This document shows, piece by piece, positions 55,799 through 64,000 of a DNA stretch of 64,000 nucleotides (the first letter of the stretch is position 1; each line of letters opens with the position of its first letter). The notes beneath the pieces were generated by a model. That model searched no databases. It saw nothing but the letters and a program-made list of their open reading frames with translations, and was not told the DNA's origin. The stretch is from the NCBI GenBank assembly GCA_007376135.1, contig VMFR01000002.1:221870-285869 (forward strand), in the 5' to 3' direction. Both the position numbers and the translations under genes were made by a program. The DNA comes from Parcubacteria group bacterium Gr01-1014_31. GTDB lineage: Bacteria > Patescibacteriota > Patescibacteriia > Buchananbacterales > GWA2-38-13.

Positions 55799-58171
55799 AT
55801 GGGTGTTGTTGCCCGAGCGCGTTCCCTGGGGTGGCTGGCACTCCCCTTGGTGACGGTCATCGCCGTTTTTTCCCCGGTGCTGTTTTTCGGCCGGGTGTTC
55901 GCGGACGGCGACGCGGTGCTGCAATTTTATCCTATTCTGACCTGGCTGCAGCGCGCGCTGCGCGCGGGTCAGTCCGTAGATTTCAACCCGCACGTGCTGG
56001 CCGGGTTTCCGACCGCCGCCAGCACCTTGGGCGGCCTGCGGTCGCCTTTGCAGCAGTGGCTGTTTGGGACGTTCGACGTCATCACCGTCTACGCCTGGCT
56101 GACGGGAGCGAGTTTTTTGCTGACCGCGCTGTGCACCTACGGTTTGGCGCGGGCGCTTGGGTTCGGCCGTCCGGCGGCGGCACTGCCGGCGCTGGTCGTT
56201 CCACTGTCTCCGGCGCTGCTCGGGTTTGCCGGCAACATCACCGTCAGCGTCACGTACTGGACATTCCCCGCGCTCTTGCTGTGCGTGTGGCACCTACATC
56301 GCTCGTCGGTGCGGCAGGCGCGCTGGTGGGTATCGGTTGCCGGCGGCGCGCTGATCTTCGCGCACAGTCTGCAGGTCGGTCACTTGCAGTGGCCGTTAGT
56401 GTACGGCACTGCGGCGTTCGCGTTCGCCGTAGCACTTTTCTGGCGGGAGCGGCGTTGGCAGACGCTCGCGGGAACGACGGCGCTGTTTGCGGCCGCGGCC
56501 GTCCTGGCGCTGCCGCTGCTGTTGCCGACCTTGGCGTTCGCGCGGCTTTCGGCGCGGCTGCATTCGGGCGCGAGCGGCGAGGGCGGGCTGCGGTTACTGG
56601 ATCTTTCCAGCTGGCTGTTGCCGCGCGTCGTGCTGCCGCGGCTGACCTCCACTCCCGGCTTCTTGTACGCCGGTGCGCTGCCGTTCCTATTGGCGGTGGT
56701 CGGTCTGCGGTTGCGCGACTGGCGGGTACGCGTCGCCTGGTGGGGGTTGTTGGGGAGTCTGCTCCTGGCCTGGTCGGGTTCGCCCCTCGCGTGGTTCGTG
56801 AACCGGCTGCCCGTATTCTCCTTATTCCGCGCGTCGGCGCGTTGGATGTACGTTGGCAACGTCGCGACGGCGTTCTTGGCGGCCGCGGGGTTGGATTTTA
56901 TCATCGCCCATGCGAATGGGGCCTGGCGACCGTTGGCGCAGCGCGTGAGTTCGTGGACCATGCGCGCCGTGGCGGTGCTGGCAGGGCTGTCCGCCGTCTG
57001 GCTGGCAGCCGCGGCGCCGTTGCGTACGGCGGCGTTCGCCTTGTTCGACCGTTACTGGTACGCGCGCACCACGGGGCTGCCGGTCTCTCACTATCACCAG
57101 GTGCTTGATGGGATGCTTTCGCAGTTTGCCAGCGGCGTCACCATTTGGTCATTTCCCACTGCGTTGGGAATCGTTTCTCTGGCGGCAGCCGCGTGGCTTT
57201 TGCGCCGTGTGGCCGACGGCAGGATCGGTGGCGCCGTTTTTGCCGCCCTGGCGCTGGCGCTGACCGCTGGAAATCTCGCGCCGCTGGCGTTCTCGGCGCT
57301 GCCGACCGCCGACGCGCGCGTGCTGCGTGTTGCACCGGGCTGGTCAGTGCCGCCCGGCGAACGCTTTTTTTCTTTTCTCCCCGGTTCCTCAGTGTATCAG
57401 CAGCTTGATGTCCCTTTTGGTTACGCGCCGGACGATAACATCGCGCTCCATCGCGCATTGGGGTCGGCCAACCTCCAGCTGCTGGATGGCAGCGACGGCC
57501 TGGACTACTACGACAACATCATGGACCGCCGCAGCGCCCGCGTGTTGTCCTATTTGGGTTCGAACCGCGGCACCACGGGTGAGCAATTGGCCACGCTGGA
57601 TGTCAGCTTTGAAGAAAAGCGTGCGCTCTTCCTGGAGCGGTTGCCGATGCTTGCCGCGTTGAACGTCGGCACCGTCGTGAGCCTGTATCCGCTGTCGCAC
57701 CCCGACCTGGCCCTCGTCGCAACTTTGGACGTAACCACTCGCCAGCTCCCGCTCTACGTCTACCGGTTAACGACCGTGCAGCCGCGTTTCTATTTTGCTC
57801 CCGCGGTGCAGGCGACGCCCGCGGTTGATGCTACGGATGCCTGGCAGGCATTTTTGGACCACCAGCCGCGGCTGTCCAACGCCGTCCTCTTGGAGTGCGC
57901 GGACTGCCCGATGTCCACGGCGACCGGTACGGTGCAGGTACTGGAAGCGTCAACCGCGCGGTACCGGTTCGCGGTGCGCGCCGCTGCGGAGGCGTGGTTC
58001 ATCTTCGGTTATGCCAACCTGCCGGGCTGGACGGCGGCGCTGGACGGCGTTCCGGCGGCGCACTATCCTGCCAACTACCTGCTGCAAGCGGTTCGGGTGC
58101 CGCAGGGCGACCATCAGCTTGAATTCACATATTCCCTGGATCGCGCCTGGCGCGATATCCTCACCCAGTAG
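55799..58171 (+). CDS. YfhO-like membrane glycosyltransferase
   Basis: Polytopic N-terminal part; C-terminal PGWTA.LDG...AVRVPQGDH. Confidence 0.8.
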   Translation: MGVVARARSLGWLALPLVTVIAVFSPVLFFGRVFADGDAVLQFYPILTWLQRALRAGQSVDFNPHVLAGFPTAASTLGGLRSPLQQWLFGTFDVITVYAWLTGASFLLTALCTYGLARALGFGRPAAALPALVVPLSPALLGFAGNITVSVTYWTFPALLLCVWHLHRSSVRQARWWVSVAGGALIFAHSLQVGHLQWPLVYGTAAFAFAVALFWRERRWQTLAGTTALFAAAAVLALPLLLPTLAFARLSARLHSGASGEGGLRLLDLSSWLLPRVVLPRLTSTPGFLYAGALPFLLAVVGLRLRDWRVRVAWWGLLGSLLLAWSGSPLAWFVNRLPVFSLFRASARWMYVGNVATAFLAAAGLDFIIAHANGAWRPLAQRVSSWTMRAVAVLAGLSAVWLAAAAPLRTAAFALFDRYWYARTTGLPVSHYHQVLDGMLSQFASGVTIWSFPTALGIVSLAAAAWLLRRVADGRIGGAVFAALALALTAGNLAPLAFSALPTADARVLRVAPGWSVPPGERFFSFLPGSSVYQQLDVPFGYAPDDNIALHRALGSANLQLLDGSDGLDYYDNIMDRRSARVLSYLGSNRGTTGEQLATLDVSFEEKRALFLERLPMLAALNVGTVVSLYPLSHPDLALVATLDVTTRQLPLYVYRLTTVQPRFYFAPAVQATPAVDATDAWQAFLDHQPRLSNAVLLECADCPMSTATGTVQVLEASTARYRFAVRAAAEAWFIFGYANLPGWTAALDGVPAAHYPANYLLQAVRVPQGDHQLEFTYSLDRAWRDILTQ

Positions 58172-58180
58172 TAGCCGCGT

Positions 58181-60250
58181 ATGTTCAATGTCCGCGCATT
58201 TCTCGGAACGTTTCGCTGGCCGCCGGCGCTTGCGGCGTTGGCTGCAACGACCTTGGGGTATTTTGCCGCTTCCCGCTTCCTGCAGGACCGCGTGCTGCCC
58301 GTGGACCGGTGGGCGGTCGCGCACAAGCTCTCCACATTCGAGGTTTTGCCCGAGCCTTGGGAGATGCCGCTATTTTTGGCGGGTTACCTGGCGATCCCGT
58401 TGATCGCCTTGGTCTTGTACTATCCGATCTCGTCGGCCTTCACGCGGGTGCGGCGCTGGCCGCGGCCGAGCGTCCGGCTCCGGCTGGGAATGCTCGCAGC
58501 AGTTGCCGTGCTGGCCGTTGCTCTGGGGTGGCGATTTTCGCCCCTGATCTCCGAGCGCGCGGCGTTCGTCGCCGGCTACCTGGAGCGCGTCGGCGTGTGG
58601 CATGCTTTGTGGCTCTTGACCACGAAACGGCTGTACGCCGTGCGGCTGGCGCTGGGGGTGAGTGTGGCGGTGTTCCTCTTCTTATCTTGGCGCTGGCGGC
58701 AGGCGAGTTTTCATTGGCTGAAGCGGCACGCCGACCCGCGGTGGATCGGCAGGCTGGAACCGCTGCTGCTGCTCCTGTTGGCCGTCATTATTTTCGATCC
58801 GTCATTCCCGTATGAGCAGCGACATGCCAACCATGTCATTGGCACCGTCAACGACGTGCTTGCCGGCAAGCCGTTCCTGTATGAGACCACCAATCAGTAC
58901 GGGATATTGAATACTTACGCGCTGGTCGCGCTGTTCCGAATCGTACCACTCGGCTACCAAACACTTTCCTTGGTCCTGTCCATCACCTACTTTTTTTTCT
59001 TCGCCTTCAGCTATGTATTGCTGAAGCGCTGGCTACGCTCACGCTCGCTGGCCTTGCTCGGTACGGTAACCGCGATCGGCACCTATTATCTCCTGCAAGC
59101 CGGACCGTTCCTTTCCTCGGTCCACTACCCGGGTACGACCCCGTACCGCCAGGGGTGGTATGTGCTGGTTGCCGCGGCGGTGCTGTGGGCGAGCCGCCGG
59201 CCGCAGCTTCCCTGGTGGCGTCGCGACTTGCCGCTGCAGCTCGCGGCGGTGGCGGCCGTGTGGAACCTGGATTCCGGTTTGGCCATCGCGGCGGCGGCTG
59301 TGGCGGCTGCAGCCACCGTGCAACTTTCCAGCCTGAGTTTGAGGGCGCTGCTGAAAAATCTTTGTGTTGTCGGCCTCCGGCAGGCGGCGTACCTGGCGCT
59401 AGGTTTTTCCGCGGTGGCGGTCGGCAACTTCTGGTACTACGGGGCGTGGCCGAACTTCTCCCTCTACCGCGATGCCATGGCCGTCTACCGGACGGGCATC
59501 AGCAAATTGCCCATGCCGGCGATCGGGATGTTCGAGTGGTATGTGCTGACCTACCTGGCCGCCGGAGTCCTGGCGCTGCGGCGCTGGGCCGCCGGGCGGA
59601 AGGTGGACGCAACATTTCTTTTCCTTTTGGTGTACGGCGCGCTATCGGTCACCTACTATGTCGGCAATTCAGCCTGGAGCTATTTGTACCCGATCAGCAC
59701 GCCGTTGGTGTTCGTGCTGCTGTACCTGGTTTCCGACCTTTATTTGTTTGCCGCCTATACCCGCGGTCCGCATGAACCCGTTGCCGCGCGGGCGTTCGTC
59801 GCGCTCGTTGCCTTCGTCGCGCTGATCGTCGCTGCGAAGCTGCCCGTGCTTTTCAGCACGCGCAACTACCAGGACATTCCCCGGCGGTTGCATCCAGAAG
59901 CGAGCGCCGACACCCCCGAACTGTTGGCGGATGCCCGGCGGATCGCCGCCGAGTTCCCGTCCGGCAGCCGGCCGCCGCTGGTGCACGCCAACGACGGCCA
60001 GCTTTTATTGATCTCCCGCCGCACCAACTGGTTCCCCATCTACGATCAGCTGGATGTGGTGTTCGATTGGAACCTGCAGCGGCTGACCGACCAGGTGCAC
60101 CGCGAGCGCCCCGAGTACCTGCTCATCGGCAATGAGGATTTTCCCTACCGGCCGTACTTCATGGCGGCGATCGACGGCCAGTATGCGCCGGCGGAATCGT
60201 GGGCAACGCTGCAGATCTACCGGCCTGTTCGCGCTCCCGGGCGGGATTGA
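58181..60250 (+). CDS. Polytopic membrane protein, probable GT-C
   Basis: Many TM helices, NQYG motif, glycan-locus context. Confidence 0.65.
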   Translation: MFNVRAFLGTFRWPPALAALAATTLGYFAASRFLQDRVLPVDRWAVAHKLSTFEVLPEPWEMPLFLAGYLAIPLIALVLYYPISSAFTRVRRWPRPSVRLRLGMLAAVAVLAVALGWRFSPLISERAAFVAGYLERVGVWHALWLLTTKRLYAVRLALGVSVAVFLFLSWRWRQASFHWLKRHADPRWIGRLEPLLLLLLAVIIFDPSFPYEQRHANHVIGTVNDVLAGKPFLYETTNQYGILNTYALVALFRIVPLGYQTLSLVLSITYFFFFAFSYVLLKRWLRSRSLALLGTVTAIGTYYLLQAGPFLSSVHYPGTTPYRQGWYVLVAAAVLWASRRPQLPWWRRDLPLQLAAVAAVWNLDSGLAIAAAAVAAAATVQLSSLSLRALLKNLCVVGLRQAAYLALGFSAVAVGNFWYYGAWPNFSLYRDAMAVYRTGISKLPMPAIGMFEWYVLTYLAAGVLALRRWAAGRKVDATFLFLLVYGALSVTYYVGNSAWSYLYPISTPLVFVLLYLVSDLYLFAAYTRGPHEPVAARAFVALVAFVALIVAAKLPVLFSTRNYQDIPRRLHPEASADTPELLADARRIAAEFPSGSRPPLVHANDGQLLLISRRTNWFPIYDQLDVVFDWNLQRLTDQVHRERPEYLLIGNEDFPYRPYFMAAIDGQYAPAESWATLQIYRPVRAPGRD

Positions 60251-60333
60251 CCCTGGCGATTGCGGCACGCTACAGTAGCTAGAGCGCCCCCCTCCTTCGC
60301 GGTGCGGGGGCTTGGTCATCTATCCCTCGCTTT

Positions 60334-61683
60334 GTGTTTGCCCACACGCATCAACGGCTGCGATTCGCGTTGCAACATCCGTTCGCGCGGCATTCCGCCA
60401 TTCTGCAGACTGCCGGCATCATCAGCAAAGGCGTTGGCATCCTGACGGGTATACTGTTTGCCAACCTGTTGGGGCCGGAAGATTACGGCCTCTACGCGCT
60501 GGCAACGGCTTTGGCGGCGTTCCTTAATGTCTTTCAGGAATTCGGTATGGGTCATGCCATCGTGAACCTGCTGGCGCGCGCCGAGGCTAGGAGCGACCGT
60601 ACGGAAGCGCGGGACGTGCTGGCGTACTTTTTGAAAACCACGGTGGCCATCGGCGCGACGGCGGGCGTGGCGGGGATGCTGGTGGCGCCGTTCCTGGGAG
60701 AGCGCTGGTACCACGATCCGATGGTGGGCTGGTACGCAGCGCTGGGGGTACTGACGTTTGCGCTGACGTTCTTTGTTCCTCTGGTGACGACCCTGCAGCA
60801 GATCCGTCGCGAGCTGGTCCCCCTCGCCGTCTTGGAGACGGGCAGCAAGATCATCGGCGCCGCAGTGACCGTCGCCTGGGTGTTGTTGGGCGGTGGGGTG
60901 ATGGCGATCATCGGCGGCCAGTTTCTCCTGATGGCGGGGGCCAGTATCGCCGCGGCGTTCATCTACCGCCGTTACGTGCGCGCCGGGACCGCGGTCGGCC
61001 TGGGCGATCTGTGGCGCACCCGGGTGCCGTGGCCAAAGATCTCCTACTATTTCCGTTTCGGTTTTTTGATCGCCATCAGCAAGAATATTTTGAAGATCAA
61101 TCAGACCGTGCCGCTGCTGATGCTGGGCGCGGTGTTGCCGACGACCTCCGGGCTGGGGTTCTTCAAGGTCGCGTTCACCTACGTCGGGCTGCCGTTAGTC
61201 GTTGCCGACCCCATTGCGCGTCTGCTCAACGACCAGTTCCCCAAGACCGAGGTGGCCGGGAACAGTAAGCTGTTTAAGCGGTTCTACCAGATCACCGGTT
61301 TGACCCTCCTGATGGAATTGGTGGTGCTGCTGCCGGCGATCGTGCTGGCGCCCGTGCTCATCAACGCGCTGTTCCCCGCCTACGGGCCCGCGCTGCCGTT
61401 CATCATGGCGCTCTCTCCCTATCCGCTCCTGGTGGCCGGCGGGGTCGGGTTGGCGGCGATGTTTCGCACCCTCAACCGGATGCGGGTGAACGTCGCCATC
61501 CAGGTCTTCACGCTCCTGACGCTCCTGCCGCTGTCGTGGTATCTCATCAACGCGTCGGCCATCCGCGGGCTGGTCATTGCGACGCTGCTGTTCACGTTCG
61601 TCCCCAACTTTTTGAGCTTTGCCTATTTTTGGTGGCTGCGGAGGCGGCTGGTAGCGCCGCCGTTCCCCGCCGTTCCGGCGTAA
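60334..61683 (+). CDS. Wzx-like oligosaccharide flippase
   Basis: LLGPEDYGLY motif, about 12 TM segments. Confidence 0.85.
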   Translation: MFAHTHQRLRFALQHPFARHSAILQTAGIISKGVGILTGILFANLLGPEDYGLYALATALAAFLNVFQEFGMGHAIVNLLARAEARSDRTEARDVLAYFLKTTVAIGATAGVAGMLVAPFLGERWYHDPMVGWYAALGVLTFALTFFVPLVTTLQQIRRELVPLAVLETGSKIIGAAVTVAWVLLGGGVMAIIGGQFLLMAGASIAAAFIYRRYVRAGTAVGLGDLWRTRVPWPKISYYFRFGFLIAISKNILKINQTVPLLMLGAVLPTTSGLGFFKVAFTYVGLPLVVADPIARLLNDQFPKTEVAGNSKLFKRFYQITGLTLLMELVVLLPAIVLAPVLINALFPAYGPALPFIMALSPYPLLVAGGVGLAAMFRTLNRMRVNVAIQVFTLLTLLPLSWYLINASAIRGLVIATLLFTFVPNFLSFAYFWWLRRRLVAPPFPAVPA

Positions 61684-61696
61684 CCAACATTGCGAT

Positions 61697-63427
61697 ATGA
61701 AAATCCTTGGCATTCATTTGGATACGCACGACAGCGGTGCCGCTATTGTGGAGGACGGCCGCGTGTTGGCGGCGGCCAACGAAGAGCGTTTTTCCCGTAC
61801 AAAGATGGATGGTGCGCCGCCCCGCCAGTCCATGGCTGCGGTGTTCGCGGTCGCGAATGTTGCGCCGCGTGAGCTGGATGTGGTCGCGTTCTCCGGCCTG
61901 CGGCCGGGGCCGCGCAAGTACTGGTATAACTTCATTCAGCAGGCGCAGCGGGTCACCTTTACGCGCGGCCGCTACCTGCGCTCCTTCTATACGTTGAAGA
62001 GCCGCGACCGCGGAAGGCTGTTGCGCCAGACGGGCGTCGCGGCCGTACTGGAGACGTGGCGCGTGGGGAAAGCCACGCAGCAGCTGATCGACGAGCTGCG
62101 CCGGCAGGGGTTTGCCGGCGAAGTCACGTTCGTCGACCACGACGAAGCGCACGCCGCCACCGCCTATTTCACCTCCGGCTTTGCCGATTGCTTTGTCGCC
62201 ATCATCGAAGGTTCCAGCTTTACCAATACGTGCTCGTTCTGGCGCGGTGCGAACGGTCGGCTGCAGAAAGTCGGCGCGGTACCCTTACCGCACAGCCCGG
62301 GCCGTTACTACGAGGTGGTGACGCGGATACTGGGGTTCCATCCCAAGAAGCACGGCGGCAAGATCACGGGGCTGGCGGCATTCGGCGATCCCGCGAAACT
62401 CGCTCCCGTGGTGAACCGGTTGTTGTGGGCCGAGGGCACCACGATGAAAGTCAGCCCGGAGCTGTTCGTGCTCCATGAGGAGTACTTCGCACGGGGGAAA
62501 AAACTGCCGGCGGTGTTTTCTGGCCACACCCGCGAGGATATTGCGGCGGCGTTCCAGCGCCGGCTGGAGGACGTCTGCGTCAGCATGCTTTCCGCGTGGC
62601 AAAAGCAGATGCCTTTTGAGCGCCTGGCGCTGTCGGGTGGCGTGGTTGCCAACGTCAAGCTGAATTTGGAGTTCCTGCGGCAGCTGCCGCTCAAGGAAGT
62701 GTTCGTGCATCCCGGTATGGGCGACGTGGGTCAGGCCTTAGGGGCGGCGTTGGGAGCCCTGGCGCAAAAGCATCCGTTGACTCCGCAGGCAATTCCGCAC
62801 GTGTACCTCGGCCCGGCGTTCGATGAGCGGCGCTGCACGGCCGCGTTGACGGCAGCTCGGCTTTCCTTCCGGCGCGAGGGCGACGTGGCTGCCTGGACCG
62901 CCGCGCGCCTGGCCGAGAACAAGGTCGTTGGTTTTTTCCAGGGCGCGATGGAGTACGGGCCGCGCGCACTGGGCAACCGTTCCATTCTGTATCCGGCGAC
63001 CGATCCCGAGGTGAACGATTGGCTGAACAAGCGGCTCAAGCGCAGCGAGTTCATGCCGTTCGCGCCGGTTACCCTGATGGAGAGGGCTGCCGACTGCTAT
63101 GAATTGACCGATCGCTGCCGAGCTGCGGCCACCTTCATGACCATTGCGCTGCCGGCGACGAAGTTCATGCGCGACAAAATGCCCGCGGCCGTGCACGTGG
63201 ATGGCACCTGCCGGCCCCAGCTGGTCAGCCGGGAAGGCAACGCGGTGTACTACGACGTCCTGCAGCGTTATGCGCAACTGACCGGACTGCCGAGTCTCGT
63301 GAACACCAGCTTCAATATGCATGAGGAGCCGATCGTGTGCACGCCCGAAGAGGCCATTAGCGCGTACCTGCAGAGCGAACTGGATGTGCTGGTGCTGGGT
63401 AATTTGGTGGTGGAAAAAACCGCGTAA
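61697..63427 (+). CDS. NodU/CmcH-family O-carbamoyltransferase
   Basis: HDSGA, EERFSR.K, GPRALGNRSIL, FMPFAP, NTSFN.H.EP. Confidence 0.93.
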   Translation: MKILGIHLDTHDSGAAIVEDGRVLAAANEERFSRTKMDGAPPRQSMAAVFAVANVAPRELDVVAFSGLRPGPRKYWYNFIQQAQRVTFTRGRYLRSFYTLKSRDRGRLLRQTGVAAVLETWRVGKATQQLIDELRRQGFAGEVTFVDHDEAHAATAYFTSGFADCFVAIIEGSSFTNTCSFWRGANGRLQKVGAVPLPHSPGRYYEVVTRILGFHPKKHGGKITGLAAFGDPAKLAPVVNRLLWAEGTTMKVSPELFVLHEEYFARGKKLPAVFSGHTREDIAAAFQRRLEDVCVSMLSAWQKQMPFERLALSGGVVANVKLNLEFLRQLPLKEVFVHPGMGDVGQALGAALGALAQKHPLTPQAIPHVYLGPAFDERRCTAALTAARLSFRREGDVAAWTAARLAENKVVGFFQGAMEYGPRALGNRSILYPATDPEVNDWLNKRLKRSEFMPFAPVTLMERAADCYELTDRCRAAATFMTIALPATKFMRDKMPAAVHVDGTCRPQLVSREGNAVYYDVLQRYAQLTGLPSLVNTSFNMHEEPIVCTPEEAISAYLQSELDVLVLGNLVVEKTA

Positions 63428-63536
63428 CGGGGTATGCCCGATAGTACAATGGATTTATGAGGAAGCCAGAAGCTGGGCCTTGTAATTATTATGGTATAAG
63501 GCGGGCACGATTTATTCGCCCATGGTACTACCGGGT

Positions 63537-64000
63537 ATGCGGGTGGTGATTTTGGCCGACCAATTCGCCCCCGCGCTCGGCGGGGCCCTGGGCGTGTGCT
63601 ACCAGCATGCCGTCGGTCTTTCCCGCCGCGGCCATCAGGTCACCGTGTTGACGGCCAACGGACAGCCCACGGCCGGGGTTGCAGTCAATGTGGTTACAGC
63701 GCCGTTCCATCCTCGCTGGGGCGCATACTTGGGGTTGCATCATCCCTCCGCCGTGCGGCAGGTGGCCGCGGCTTTGCGTCGGCTCAAGCCGGACATTGTC
63801 CATGCGCACAATATCTACCAGGCGCTTTCCTATCGCTGTCTGGAGGCAGCGCGTCGGTCTGCGCCGAAAGTTTTTCTGACCACCCACGACGTGCAGAGTT
63901 TTGCCTACGCCAAACTGACCCATTTCATTGATCCCGCGCGCAGAGACTGCCCGTTCCGGCCGAAGTATCGGACGTCGTGGCTCGTGAATTTGCGCACGGC
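63537..64000 (+). CDS. GT4 glycosyltransferase (partial; runs off the window)
   Basis: MRVVILADQF..GG...RGHQVTVLT...PDIVHAHN. Confidence 0.85.
   Translation, partial: MRVVILADQFAPALGGALGVCYQHAVGLSRRGHQVTVLTANGQPTAGVAVNVVTAPFHPRWGAYLGLHHPSAVRQVAAALRRLKPDIVHAHNIYQALSYRCLEAARRSAPKVFLTTHDVQSFAYAKLTHFIDPARRDCPFRPKYRTSWLVNLRT

Overview
High-GC bacterial chromosome segment with the hallmarks of a Patescibacteria (CPR, Parcubacteria-like) genome. These include CPR-type TrmB regulator and surface-protein repeats, mostly leaderless core genes, the core genes tig, hppA, nusA, yraN, rnhB and trxAB, tRNA-Glu, and the start of a surface-glycan locus. The taxonomy is inferred, not tested. Accessory, mostly plus-strand blocks carrying Shine-Dalgarno (SD) sites and boxA-like motifs are interspersed among the core genes. 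The best candidates for undescribed biology are six: (1) a 32.4-39.0 kb island with two unknown proteins plus a 126-aa partner, an SNF2-helicase/SAM-methyltransferase fusion and a divergent AAG/MPG DNA glycosylase, a candidate defence or DNA-modification system; (2) next to it, a ~420-nt independently transcribed, highly structured non-coding RNA ending in a tRNA-like cloverleaf; (3) a 40.7-45.4 kb island with four paralogues resembling diversity-generating retroelement (DGR) targets, separated by a three-copy covarying structured element; (4) a small Zn-ribbon gene with an in-frame UGA at a Cys position followed by a SECIS-like hairpin; (5) a two-copy ~190-nt structured intergenic element; (6) two islands bounded by a diverged duplicate of the flanking gene's 3' end. 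No CRISPR array, integrase, transposase or reverse transcriptase was seen. All family assignments come from motif recognition, not database searches.
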